Virus record (IMG/VR): IMGVR_UViG_3300048837_000378
Coordinates: 40,794 to 104,793 of that record
Source of the DNA: a virus
Lineage: Duplodnaviria > Heunggongvirae > Uroviricota > Caudoviricetes
Reading direction: 5' to 3' (one strand)
Length of the DNA: 64,000 bases
Positions within the stretch are counted from its first letter, which is position 1. The number at the start of each line of letters is the position of its first letter. Below, one piece after another: positions 29,455-38,890 of the stretch. Position numbers and translations under genes: made by a program. The notes under the pieces were generated by a model. That model did no database searches and was not told the origin of the DNA. It worked only from the letters and a program-made list of their open reading frames with translations.

Positions 29455-29677
29455 TTAAGAAGGGTGTTTGGGTGTAACGTTCAAGTCCTGCTTTAAAGCC
29501 TCGACTATTTAATTCGTTTGCAATAAACTCAAGTACTTCTTCTTTACCGTCAATAAAAGTGTTATTGTGTCCGTTCTTAGCTTCAGACACTAAAAAAGCT
29601 ATAACTTCTGTCATAGTTTTAGGGTTAGCTTTAAGTAAGGACAATCTTCTAGCTCGTTTTGCGGTCAACTTTTTCAT
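29441..29677 (-). CDS. Small hypothetical protein
   Basis: 78 aa ORF. First gene after the 200-bp non-coding gap. Confidence 0.35.
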   Translation of the reverse strand: MKKLTAKRARRLSLLKANPKTMTEVIAFLVSEAKNGHNNTFIDGKEEVLEFIANELNSRGFKAGLERYTQTPFLSVYW

Positions 29678-29878
29678 AGTAACTCCTGGTTAATTTTAAA
29701 GAAGATTGGGCAAACAAAATACAAATATCAAAAAACACTCTTTTGATATGACAGATAAATAGGAACAAAACAGCTAAGTTGGTGACAAGCTAACAAGGCC
29801 CGAAGGCTTTAAATCGACTACCAACGCAAGAGCTTCTCCGTCAACATCCAGTATAAGCTGCCCACTTCTTAGGGAAAC

Positions 29879-30457
29879 CTAAAGCAATCCATTAGATTGC
29901 AATAAAGTTACCTCATTAGCGGAAAGAGTAATCTTTACGCCAACATTCTTTTGTACTAACTCTTCTTCAATATCTTCTAATTGCTTTTTTAACACATCAA
30001 TCTGACTTAGTAAAGCTTCTTTTTCAGTTTTAGAGATAATACCTGAAGTGATAGTTACGCCGTCAGAATGGTAACTACTTTCACCTTTATCTAAAACTTT
30101 ACGTTTATGTTCAAGTTTGTCCAGTAGCTCTCTGTCACTACAGACCTGCAAGCCTTGCAAAAGGTTTAAGTACGCAATTTTAGTGTTTAACACTTCTCTA
30201 GCGTTTACTAGATTATTGATACCTACTGATTCATTGGTCTGCTCAATTTTACGTCGAATAGAAAATCGAGCCTCTACAAGTTGGATATTGTTGGACAATT
30301 GTTCTTGTAGCCGGAGCCGAGCTTGGGCAAGGTCACTCAACGCCATTTCAGGCGGAGTACTAGCAAGTACTTCTAGTAATTCTGTGCCAGACTCTTTAAC
30401 AATCGCAGCAGGAATTTTTCCTTCTAATTTTCTTGCTTTACGTAAATTAATTTCCAT
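29879..30457 (-). CDS. Coiled-coil hypothetical protein
   Basis: 192 aa, heptad-rich. Confidence 0.4.
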   Translation of the reverse strand: MEINLRKARKLEGKIPAAIVKESGTELLEVLASTPPEMALSDLAQARLRLQEQLSNNIQLVEARFSIRRKIEQTNESVGINNLVNAREVLNTKIAYLNLLQGLQVCSDRELLDKLEHKRKVLDKGESSYHSDGVTITSGIISKTEKEALLSQIDVLKKQLEDIEEELVQKNVGVKITLSANEVTLLQSNGLL

Positions 30458-31148
30458 TTAATAGCTCCTTAACTTTTAATTCAAAGTCTTGAATTGTTCC
30501 TTTATTATCTAATATCACATCAAACTTAGCTTTGTCGAGGTCTCTTTCGCTAGGGTCTGTGGAAGCACTAGTCTCAAATCGTTCTACTCTAACAGTAACT
30601 AGGTTCTTGCCAAACGCGGCTTTAAGTTGGTCAATTTCAGATTGATACCTCAAATCAGAAATAACAAAGCCTCCGTTAGTAATACCTTCGTTAAAATTCT
30701 TAGCGGCTTTAGTTCTAATTTGACTAATAGCTCGTTCTGTCCAAAAGGTACTTGTAACCGCCCTATTGACGCTACCCTTAAGAATACACAGAGCCCTGGG
30801 GGTCCAATAGAGTTGCGCCACATTACGTCCCATAACGCCCAGAAACGCTCCAGAATCATCAACGTAAGGTTCCATGGCCATGTGACCATCTGAGCTTCTA
30901 AACTCTCTATACATGAAATTACAAAGCATTAAACTGAAGTCATCTTTTGGAGTGACTGGAAGATGTAAGATTGGTGCTTCTTTAAAATTAGGGTCATCAC
31001 AATGTTCTCTAGGAATGTTGTATTCTTGAGCTACCATATCTTTAAGTACATCAGCAAAAGCAACTCTTTCGTAGCCATTAGAGATGAGCAGATTAGCTGC
31101 GGTATCCTTGCCGCTACGTTTCCAACCTGATATAGCTATAATTTTCAT
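30447..31148 (-). CDS. Deoxynucleoside monophosphate kinase (T4 gp1-like)
   Basis: N-terminal IIAISGWKRSGKDT P-loop is typical of phage dNMP kinases. Confidence 0.6.
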   Translation of the reverse strand: MKIIAISGWKRSGKDTAANLLISNGYERVAFADVLKDMVAQEYNIPREHCDDPNFKEAPILHLPVTPKDDFSLMLCNFMYREFRSSDGHMAMEPYVDDSGAFLGVMGRNVAQLYWTPRALCILKGSVNRAVTSTFWTERAISQIRTKAAKNFNEGITNGGFVISDLRYQSEIDQLKAAFGKNLVTVRVERFETSASTDPSERDLDKAKFDVILDNKGTIQDFELKVKELLNGN

Positions 31149-31528
31149 TATTTACCTCTATTTTGTAATTCGTCAGTTTTGTCGTATAAGGATTTAATAG
31201 ATTCACTATGCCCTACTAAAGTTCTTGCTAACCAGTAACTTTTGCAACTTTTGTCCAGCGTGTATAAATCATTGAAACTTTTGACATTTCTACGTTTTAG
31301 TTCGTTTTTCATATCATCTAAATCTGCTATATAATATATAACATCATAATCATCTACGATAGAAACTCTGGCATAGACCGCATTAATATTGTGCGAGTAG
31401 CATTCATCTTCTTTTGGTGTATTGAGATGCTTGAATACTAAAAACCCCGACCACCACAAACAGCCTGATATTAGTACTGCTAAAAAATATCTTGGCCAAT
31501 TAATTTGTGAAGATTTAGCTTTTTTCAC
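31148..31528 (-). CDS. Membrane protein
   Basis: N-terminal TM (YFLAVLISGCLWWSGFLVF). Confidence 0.4.
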   Translation of the reverse strand: MKKAKSSQINWPRYFLAVLISGCLWWSGFLVFKHLNTPKEDECYSHNINAVYARVSIVDDYDVIYYIADLDDMKNELKRRNVKSFNDLYTLDKSCKSYWLARTLVGHSESIKSLYDKTDELQNRGK

Positions 31529-31821
31529 TGCATTCCTTCTAAGTAGTTTTTAATAGTTTCATATTCCTGCTTAGGTAATACGCTACCTACAGGCATGTTT
31601 CGCTTAATAATAACACGCTCTTTAATAATGTCAAGTCTTTCTTTGAAAACTGTCTCATTAAGCCAGTTGGTGCTGTGTCCATGAGGACGTATGCTATCGT
31701 TGTGACAAGACATACATCTCATCTGTAATATAGGCTTTACGTCTTGAAACGTAGGATTACTTGGTATAGGTTTAGGCGTACATCCTGCCAGAAGCATTAG
31801 TACAAATAAAAAAGGCACCAT
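31525..31821 (-). CDS. Lipoprotein with c-type cytochrome motif (CxxCH plus distal Met)
   Basis: Lipobox LLAGC, CMSCHN haem-binding motif, and RNMPVG...YETIKNYLEG resembling the class I cytochrome c Met ligand and C-terminal helix. Confidence 0.5.
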   Translation of the reverse strand: MVPFLFVLMLLAGCTPKPIPSNPTFQDVKPILQMRCMSCHNDSIRPHGHSTNWLNETVFKERLDIIKERVIIKRNMPVGSVLPKQEYETIKNYLEGMQ

Positions 31822-31860
31822 GTTCTACATAGTGCCTCAATTAGCTTTATTTGTCAATAA

Positions 31861-33765
31861 TTATTTTATTGGACAGACTCCGCCTTCACACTCAAAAGAA
31901 TCTAATATGGACTGCTCGTCTATAGTTTCTATTCCTGTAATGGGTTTGGTTTTAGAGAGTAAATCTTCATAAACCTCTTTAGTAATCTCTTCTAGGGGAG
32001 CTTGAATAAACCCGTGGTCGCTGTGCAACAAAAAGGATACAGATTTGACATTTGTATTGTAATTGTCTAATAACCATTGTTTTATAAGAGGTAGTTCTTC
32101 TTTTTTGTAATATATTGTACAAGATACAGCATTATCGGACCAGTTCGTTTGCAAACTTTTAATTACTTCTAATTGGTCAACGGCTGTCATATCTTTTGCC
32201 ACTTTTGTGTGGTCTGGAAATTTACAAGGAAAAGAAACTATGACTGTACTGGCATCCAGTGAGCCGTCAAATTTTTTTTGGTATTCAACTGGATATCCGT
32301 GAGCTTTACACACTTCTACTAGAGGAATATTTGAAGCCATTCTTATACGTCTGATATGATGAGTAGCGTAGCCTGGATGACAGCCTGGCGTAACTCCGGC
32401 TAACAAGGACAGAGTGCCACTAGGTTTTACAGTGGTCAATTTAATGCTAGTATTAAAATTATGTTCCGCGCTATATTTTTTATCATACTCTCTAAGATAG
32501 ACATAGGTAGAATCTAACCAAGAACGTTGCTCGTCAGTAGCTTGAAGATAACCAGTAACTCCTATTCCCATCCTCATATTCTTATGAACAATTGCCTCAG
32601 TTTCAGGCAGGTGACAGTTTAGAGCTAAAGAGTGTTTATTTATTCGGTATAAATAAGTGGCAACTTCTTTAAATTCGTCCAAAGAATCAATATTCGGTAA
32701 GTATATCTCAGCTAAACAGCATGTCTCTTTGTCAGCTAAACTCTGTTCTGCGCAAGGATTAAATCCTCCAACTTCCATATCTGGGTATTGAGTTTCGCCC
32801 ACTCTTCCTATTTTTCTAGCTAGTCCAAGATTAATTAAACCATAAGGTTCGCCATTGCCCAAATAGCCTTGCCAAAACTGTTCTGGTAATTGAGTAATAT
32901 CATTACATACAACTGAATTGTTAGACATGGCTCTCCAATTTGGAATATTTCCAATATCCCAACGTTTGGCATTTAAGTATTGTAAGTCATCCATATCTCC
33001 TATAGCAATTTGTGCTGAACGTCGAACATTTCCTGCTACTACAATCATACCTATAATATTCATAATGTCTAAGCAATCAATAGGTCTTAATTTTTTGTTT
33101 GCTCTATCATTTAAAATTTTACTGATTTCTGTCATTCCCCAACACAAGTCTTCTGGTCCTGAAGCGAGACCACCAAAGCTTTTAATCGGAGCGCCTTTAC
33201 CACGAATACAAACAGTAGAATACGTAAAACTTTTGCCAGTAATAAAATGAGCTTCTAATACTTTACGTAGTAATTCTACCCAACCTTCTCGGCTGTCAGG
33301 AACGATAAACTCGGCATCATTGGTTTCTTGTCGAATGATTTTAACTTTTTTTGGTTTTGGAAGCTCGTACACATATTCACGTTGAATATTAAAGCCAACA
33401 CCGCTGCCGAGCATGAGAGCGTCCATTGTCCAAGTGAAAGGTCGGATAGGCTCGTTTACTAAAGTAAAGGCGCAATTTTGTAAAGACAACAAGCCTAACT
33501 TATCTACAGTCTTTGTTCCTAATTGCCACAAAAAACGGCCAGCAACAATACCTTTTAATCCTAGCATAATTTCTTTAAGACGAGCTTCTTCAGAAGAAGT
33601 AAACCCAACGTTGAGTTGATTTTTGCAAGCTTTGACTACTCTATCCACCGTATCAGAAAATTCTTCTGTTTCAGAATTTAAGCTATCGTCTTTGAATCTA
33701 CGAGCATAAGTACGTTTAAAAGTAATATAACCAACAGGACCCCAAGGAGTCTCTATTTTTTGCAT
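31861..33765 (-). CDS. nrdJ: Ribonucleotide reductase, class II (B12-dependent)-like
   Basis: GFNPCAEQSL...CCLAEI active-site motifs (NPC.E and C.L.EI). 634 aa. Confidence 0.65.
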   Translation of the reverse strand: MQKIETPWGPVGYITFKRTYARRFKDDSLNSETEEFSDTVDRVVKACKNQLNVGFTSSEEARLKEIMLGLKGIVAGRFLWQLGTKTVDKLGLLSLQNCAFTLVNEPIRPFTWTMDALMLGSGVGFNIQREYVYELPKPKKVKIIRQETNDAEFIVPDSREGWVELLRKVLEAHFITGKSFTYSTVCIRGKGAPIKSFGGLASGPEDLCWGMTEISKILNDRANKKLRPIDCLDIMNIIGMIVVAGNVRRSAQIAIGDMDDLQYLNAKRWDIGNIPNWRAMSNNSVVCNDITQLPEQFWQGYLGNGEPYGLINLGLARKIGRVGETQYPDMEVGGFNPCAEQSLADKETCCLAEIYLPNIDSLDEFKEVATYLYRINKHSLALNCHLPETEAIVHKNMRMGIGVTGYLQATDEQRSWLDSTYVYLREYDKKYSAEHNFNTSIKLTTVKPSGTLSLLAGVTPGCHPGYATHHIRRIRMASNIPLVEVCKAHGYPVEYQKKFDGSLDASTVIVSFPCKFPDHTKVAKDMTAVDQLEVIKSLQTNWSDNAVSCTIYYKKEELPLIKQWLLDNYNTNVKSVSFLLHSDHGFIQAPLEEITKEVYEDLLSKTKPITGIETIDEQSILDSFECEGGVCPIK

Positions 33766-33779
33766 TAAAACCTCATTGT

Positions 33780-34097
33780 TTAATTTTTGTATTTATCTTC
33801 TAATTGTCTATATTGCTGTTCTAAATCTTGAGAAAGGTATTCTACATAACTTAGTAGAGAATTGCGCTCAGTTGCCATACCATGTTGATACCCAGCTTCG
33901 TAAGAAGCTTGTGGATTACTTTTAGGAAGAGGTTTAAAACACTTGCTTAACTCTTGTATTGAACTTCTCATCAAAAAGTTTGCCTCTTTAATCCAATTAA
34001 GTTTACGAGTAGAAGATAGATAGTCCCAGTGACCATCTATCCCTTGTTGTTTCACGTATTCTTCAAATATTCTAGCTGCGTAAACTTCTAATTTCAT
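33780..34097 (-). CDS. Hypothetical protein (envelope cassette, soluble member)
   Basis: 105 aa. ATGA overlap with the upstream gene. Confidence 0.4.
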   Translation of the reverse strand: MKLEVYAARIFEEYVKQQGIDGHWDYLSSTRKLNWIKEANFLMRSSIQELSKCFKPLPKSNPQASYEAGYQHGMATERNSLLSYVEYLSQDLEQQYRQLEDKYKN

Positions 34098-34435
34098 TTT
34101 TTATTCCAGTAGTCTTCTACTTGAGAATCTGTAAGATTCCCTTCTTTTAAAATACTCTGGCGTTTTTCTTCTAAAATGTCAAGGGCTTTTTGAAGACTCT
34201 GTAAATCCTTTTGATTCAAGTCTCTTTGAGCCATATCTTGTTTAATACTGGCTTCCAAAGCATCAGCTTCTTTCTGCGTATTGACTAAGGCAATTTTTGC
34301 TTTAGCTGCGTCCAGTTCTTTATTTTTAAGGTTCAAAACATATAATAGTATAGCAATGCTAGCGCCGACTACTAATACAATATAACCCCAAATACTAGAA
34401 AGTCCTTGTTTAATCTTCTCCATCGTCGTCCCCAC
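34094..34435 (-). CDS. N-terminal TM plus coiled-coil protein (i-spanin-like topology)
   Basis: TM IWGYIVLVVGASIAILLYVL, then a long coiled coil. Confidence 0.45.
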   Translation of the reverse strand: MGTTMEKIKQGLSSIWGYIVLVVGASIAILLYVLNLKNKELDAAKAKIALVNTQKEADALEASIKQDMAQRDLNQKDLQSLQKALDILEEKRQSILKEGNLTDSQVEDYWNKK

Positions 34436-34985
34436 TTAATCCAGACATAATACCTGAATCTTTAACTGTTTGCAACAACTTTCCATCTAGACCGATTACT
34501 CGGTTCTTTACGCCTTTTTCATTGATACGGATTTCTTCATAAAAAACTCTACCTGCTTTAATTATATTTTTTACAATCTTTTGACGCTTTGTAGGTTTAC
34601 TATTTCCAGATTTAACTTCAAGAAATGTTATGGCTCCTTGGTCAAAGTCAAAAATACAATAATCTATAGGGTTTCCCATAAAGTGCATATTTTTAGGTTC
34701 ATGTGTACAATTCTCAAGAAAGGGTACGAGATGTTCGCTGATTTGTCCGAGTCGAGTTTCACTACTCTTCTTCTGAGACAAAAGAGTTCTATTCTTTTCT
34801 CGTTCTTGTCCCAAATCTTCTTGGACTTGTAACAGTTGAGTTTGTTGAGTTTTTAATTCTTGTTTTAGGGTCTCGTTTTGTACGGAAGTGCTCAGTATAT
34901 TTTTACTAGCTTTCTTTGTTCTATATAACTCTATTGCTAGAACTATACAAAGACATACTAACGGACCAATAAAATATTCCATCAT
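34410..34985 (-). CDS. Membrane-anchored PD-(D/E)xK nuclease-like (NERD/Hjc-like) protein
   Basis: N-terminal TM, coiled coil, then DYCIFDFDQGAITFLEVKSGNS (D...E-V-K) at the C-terminus. Confidence 0.45.
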   Translation of the reverse strand: MMEYFIGPLVCLCIVLAIELYRTKKASKNILSTSVQNETLKQELKTQQTQLLQVQEDLGQEREKNRTLLSQKKSSETRLGQISEHLVPFLENCTHEPKNMHFMGNPIDYCIFDFDQGAITFLEVKSGNSKPTKRQKIVKNIIKAGRVFYEEIRINEKGVKNRVIGLDGKLLQTVKDSGIMSGLSGDDDGED

Positions 34986-35398
34986 TTAACCTGTCCTACG
35001 GCCCAGCCAGCACCCACAGTAACTACCACTCCTAGCAACGCCATTAATAGGTCTCTATTGCCTTGACCCTCATTAACTTTAACTAGTTCTAGTGTAGACT
35101 TTTCAGCAGTAATGCGCCATAGTTCTGATTTACTGCGTTCTTTTTCTATGATGTTGTCTGATAGAGTTCTATCATATAATAGAATGTCTATTTTTTTGTT
35201 TTTAATTTGTAACTCTTGTTTAAGAAACGAATAGTCCTCATTCATTAGCCTAATTTCTTTCTCTTTCTCTTTTGAGAATAAGAAACCGGAACAAGGAGCC
35301 GAAGCTCCCTGTTCTAATAAAGTTACTGGTTTAGGACATTCAGCAAAAGTCTGAAAAGGAATCATAATTGCTAACACTAAACACAATAGCTTTTTCAT
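34982..35398 (-). CDS. Secreted, C-terminally membrane-anchored coiled-coil protein
   Basis: Signal peptide MKKLLCLVLAIMIPFQTFA, two Cys, and a C-terminal TM LLMALLGVVVTVGAGWAVG. Confidence 0.45.
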   Translation of the reverse strand: MKKLLCLVLAIMIPFQTFAECPKPVTLLEQGASAPCSGFLFSKEKEKEIRLMNEDYSFLKQELQIKNKKIDILLYDRTLSDNIIEKERSKSELWRITAEKSTLELVKVNEGQGNRDLLMALLGVVVTVGAGWAVGQVK

Positions 35399-35399
35399 A

Positions 35400-36362
35400 T
35401 TAGTACTTCTTTACGTTACGGTCAGCAGAACCTTCACGAGCATCAAGTTTCTTAGTCACCAATTTTTTGATATTTTCCGCAGCTTCAAGACCTACAGAAT
35501 CTAAGACTGTACGATTAAATCGAGAATAGCCGGATTGATTGATGTCAGTACTTACTTTTGTTGAATTCACTAAGGAGTCTGTGTCAGAAGCAAACAAGGG
35601 TTCTCCATCAATATATACATTCCAACTGAGAGCTTCTGTAATTAGTGGACAGTTTGACATAACGTCAACAATCTCTACTACGTGGCCCATGTAGATGAAA
35701 CGGTCGTATAGTGCGTTATGTGTACCTTTTAAGCTTTGGTCACAAGAAGGCTTAACTACTCGGTCTGCAAAACCTTGAGCAATACAGTCAGCACCATCGC
35801 ACCAGTGTTCGTTTTCAATCAATGCTGCGTAGCTTTTTGCTGTATGTTTTCCGTTTGTACGTTTGACGACTTGGGCGTCTAATCGTTGAACTCTGCGGAG
35901 ATAGTGATTATATCTAGAATCGAGTTGTCCTGGAAACTCTCCATAAAATCCACCTCGCGCTTTGTGGCTCATTAAAGTGCCGTTTTCAGTAATTAGACGT
36001 TCACCTCGTAAACCTTCTACAGTTTGGAATCCCATAGATGCGGCGAACAGCGTTACAGTTTTTACTGGTCGATTGAGATTGTTAAGGTTTTCAATTAACT
36101 CGATACCAGCTTCAGTAGACCCTCCGCCAGAATCAAGAACCAGATATAAAGGTTCATTAGACTGTAATTTGGCATCTAAATCTTTTGCTTTTTGAGTTAC
36201 TTGTGCGACCTTCTCTCCTGAGAAGTAATCATCCATAACAATTGTATTATCCTTAGTTAGGACAATTCCATTTTTTACTCCTACTGTCGTTTTCGGTGGA
36301 GTAGCTGCAAAGCTACTTAAACCTAGAAGTAGTGTGCTCATCAATACTAAAATCTTCTTCAT
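35400..36362 (-). CDS. Secreted ClpP/S49-fold serine protease (NfeD/SppA-like)
   Basis: Signal peptide MKKILVLMSTLLLGLSSFA, then LVLDSGGGSTEAG...TLFAASMGFQ ClpP/crotonase-fold motifs. Confidence 0.5.
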   Translation of the reverse strand: MKKILVLMSTLLLGLSSFAATPPKTTVGVKNGIVLTKDNTIVMDDYFSGEKVAQVTQKAKDLDAKLQSNEPLYLVLDSGGGSTEAGIELIENLNNLNRPVKTVTLFAASMGFQTVEGLRGERLITENGTLMSHKARGGFYGEFPGQLDSRYNHYLRRVQRLDAQVVKRTNGKHTAKSYAALIENEHWCDGADCIAQGFADRVVKPSCDQSLKGTHNALYDRFIYMGHVVEIVDVMSNCPLITEALSWNVYIDGEPLFASDTDSLVNSTKVSTDINQSGYSRFNRTVLDSVGLEAAENIKKLVTKKLDAREGSADRNVKKY

Positions 36363-36647
36363 CTATTCTCCTTGTTTTTCTACGGTAGTTTTACCTGCCG
36401 TCACTTTTCTACCAAAGTACAAAGCTGCAAATACAGTCAGTAGTTCTTTGGAATTATCAAAATTTAATCCTAAATTGAGGCTCACATTGCTCTTATCAAA
36501 TAAGGCTAGTAAAGCTACAATCCCAGATACAACTAAAAAAGTAAATGTGATTGAAGGTTCTTTAGATTTTATATCCCTCAAAGTGATGGGCGTAATATCT
36601 AAACCTTTTTCCTTCAAAGAATTTAACAGTTCTTTAAGTTTATCCAT
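36363..36647 (-). CDS. Small membrane protein
   Basis: Central TM ITFTFLVVSGIVALLALF. Confidence 0.4.
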   Translation of the reverse strand: MDKLKELLNSLKEKGLDITPITLRDIKSKEPSITFTFLVVSGIVALLALFDKSNVSLNLGLNFDNSKELLTVFAALYFGRKVTAGKTTVEKQGE

Positions 36648-36654
36648 ACATCTC

Positions 36655-37317
36655 CTATACGATATTAATGGGGCCTTGAATTTCTAAGGAAGAAAAATCT
36701 CTATTTTTAATCCCTATCTTTTGAAGAAATCCCATTGATATTGCTAATGCGTCATACAAATCTGAGGGCGTAGCTCTAGTATTGCCCGTTATATTAGACA
36801 CGATTTGAGCAGGAATTGTGTTACATACTTTAGTGACCTCCGTTTTAGTAGGGAGTTTATAATCCCTCTTCTTTTTGCCATTCTTATCTAAAGTTACTGT
36901 AGGTTTAATCCCAAGTAACGACCGCCAAGTTTGAGGCAAAATGGTTTTATATTTTACTCCAATCTCAGCAAGAGACACCTGCAAAACACCATGTAATTCG
37001 GGTCCGACATGGCTTCCCATCATTTTGTTTTGATTAATCATATAAGCTTCAGCTACACAATAGTCAACTTGGCCCACAATATTAAAGTAATTGGTGATAG
37101 CAGCAAACAAGTAATGATACTTTTCTTGATTACTCCAATCATCATTAAACCAAATAACCCCAGCATTAGTGAATGTCGCTTTCTTTTGAGCAAAGTTTAC
37201 GGTAACTAAACTGTACCCAGTACAAGACGCACTAAGGTCTAAAAATAGAATATTAAAAGACTCTACTTTCTGACCTATATCTTCTTGTAATTCTTCTAAA
37301 TCTTTATCTACGACCAT
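36655..37317 (-). CDS. RuvC-like Holliday junction resolvase
   Basis: N-terminal ILFLDLSASCTGYSLV resembles the RuvC GIDPG..TGY motif. 220 aa. Confidence 0.5.
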   Translation of the reverse strand: MVVDKDLEELQEDIGQKVESFNILFLDLSASCTGYSLVTVNFAQKKATFTNAGVIWFNDDWSNQEKYHYLFAAITNYFNIVGQVDYCVAEAYMINQNKMMGSHVGPELHGVLQVSLAEIGVKYKTILPQTWRSLLGIKPTVTLDKNGKKKRDYKLPTKTEVTKVCNTIPAQIVSNITGNTRATPSDLYDALAISMGFLQKIGIKNRDFSSLEIQGPINIV

Positions 37318-37849
37318 ATTTACTATCCCATTCTTTTTGTAGTTTTATAGCTAACTCTGTATTACCTTGTTTATGAGCTTGACGTATTTGTCTTATAACG
37401 CTGCGACGTTGTTTATCAGCTTGAAGCTCGTACATATCGCCAATTCTTTTTTCAACCATCTTAGCCCTGTCCGTTTGATTCTTAATATCAGAATTTGAAA
37501 AATCCATACCAGATTTTAAAATATTTGTATATTGAGCTTGAGGACTACTCTCTTCTCGTTGAGCTAGGCATACTAAGTTGTCAAGCTCTTTTAAAGTTTT
37601 ATCATACTCTTCTTTTGTTTTACTGCCGACTAAGACATTTACTTTGGATTTAATTTCTTTTACGCCTTCGCCGAGCATACTATATTGGCGCACTACTTGA
37701 GCTATCTCTTTTGGAGTCATATACTGTAGTTGTTTGCGGTCTTTTCTGCGGTCTAACCATAACAACAAATCAAAGTATACGTTGCCAAGCCAAGTTGTAT
37801 AAAACCAATTTAATAGTTTATTCATTTTACTGGTCCCGTTTTGCCGCAC
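37304..37849 (-). CDS. Hypothetical protein
   Basis: 181 aa ORF. Confidence 0.4.
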   Translation of the reverse strand: MRQNGTSKMNKLLNWFYTTWLGNVYFDLLLWLDRRKDRKQLQYMTPKEIAQVVRQYSMLGEGVKEIKSKVNVLVGSKTKEEYDKTLKELDNLVCLAQREESSPQAQYTNILKSGMDFSNSDIKNQTDRAKMVEKRIGDMYELQADKQRRSVIRQIRQAHKQGNTELAIKLQKEWDSKYGRR

Positions 37850-38145
37850 TCAACGCAATTAAAATGAGAACGTTCGTACCTTAAATCCAGAAGCTTAACA
37901 TTTCTACTAGAGCAGTGAGGACAAATAATCTTTGGTTTAGATTCTTGAGTCTCTAGTTGTTCTTCTAGTTGTCCAAATTCTTGAATCAAATCTTGTAGTC
38001 CTTCGTCTCTATTCTTAAGTCTCACCAATTCTTTTTGAAGCTGGGATACTTGTTTTCTTAGCTTTCTATTGTCTGCTCGTAAATCTTCTTGCTTATCTTT
38101 AAAACGTTCTTCAGGCACTTTTCTGTTTGAAGTTTTATGTTTCAA
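37822..38145 (-). CDS. Coiled-coil plus zinc-ribbon protein
   Basis: CPHCSSRN...CVECGK zinc ribbon after a leucine-zipper-like helix. Confidence 0.45.
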   Translation of the reverse strand: MKHKTSNRKVPEERFKDKQEDLRADNRKLRKQVSQLQKELVRLKNRDEGLQDLIQEFGQLEEQLETQESKPKIICPHCSSRNVKLLDLRYERSHFNCVECGKTGPVK

Positions 38146-38184
38146 GTAGGTACTCCGATATAATTAGTTGTATTTTACGTAGTC

Positions 38185-38622
38185 CTAATTTCCACTACTC
38201 CCAAAACCTTGTGACCCTCTATTAGTTTTTTGTAAGTCTTCGACCTCTTTAAGTTGTATGGTCGGATAGGGCATAATTAACAATTGACCAATTCGGTCCC
38301 CTACAGAATATTCTAAGTACTCTCTGTTTTCTTCCGTTCGGAATCTGAGTTTAATTTCTCCAGTATAGTTTGAATCTATAACCCCAACAGAGTTACATAA
38401 TGTGTGAGGAGTTTTAGATATACTAGAACGAGGAAACAACAAACCCACATAACCTTCTGGAATTTTTACAGCAATGCCAGTACCGTATTCCACATAATCA
38501 AATTCTCTATCGTGACGAACATCCGTTGCAACTAAATCTAGTGCTGCGTCCCCTTCTCTGGAGTACTCGGGCAGCTCTGCGTGAGCCGTCAAACGTTTAA
38601 CTTCAATTGTTACTGGAACCAT
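38185..38622 (-). CDS. dut: dUTP diphosphatase
   Basis: SREGDAALDL, GDRIGQLLI and RGSQGFGSSG motifs. Confidence 0.85.
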   Translation of the reverse strand: MVPVTIEVKRLTAHAELPEYSREGDAALDLVATDVRHDREFDYVEYGTGIAVKIPEGYVGLLFPRSSISKTPHTLCNSVGVIDSNYTGEIKLRFRTEENREYLEYSVGDRIGQLLIMPYPTIQLKEVEDLQKTNRGSQGFGSSGN

Positions 38623-38890
38623 TGTTACTACCTTTGATAATATCCGCTAACTTACTACTTCTGTCCACAGTCTTGATTTGTGATACTGTTTTAGTATTTC
38701 CTGTAGATTTTTGTAACTCATTTGCTACTAGTTTAAGTTCGTCTTGATACTTTTTTAAGTTTTTACCGGCATCAGTCTTGAGAGTGATATGTAAGCGTAA
38801 CCCTAACACAATTGTAGCATTAGATATATGTCTTAGAATAACTCCCATATAAATAGGAATATTACATACAAGGTTCTTAAATTTAATCAT
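38603..38890 (-). CDS. Hypothetical protein
   Basis: 95 aa ORF. Confidence 0.35.
   Translation of the reverse strand: MIKFKNLVCNIPIYMGVILRHISNATIVLGLRLHITLKTDAGKNLKKYQDELKLVANELQKSTGNTKTVSQIKTVDRSSKLADIIKGSNNGSSNN

Noticed and set aside
29678-29878. 200-bp non-coding gap searched for promoter, terminator or sRNA
   Set aside because: Only a weak GCC-ttcg-GGC hairpin without a U-tract and no good -35/-10 pair. Possibly regulatory, but nothing I can support.
31822-31860. TTGACA motif just downstream of the RNR gene, considered as a promoter for the cytochrome-like gene
   Set aside because: The spacer to any acceptable -10 is 20-21 nt, or the -10 is very weak (CACTAT). Not convincing.
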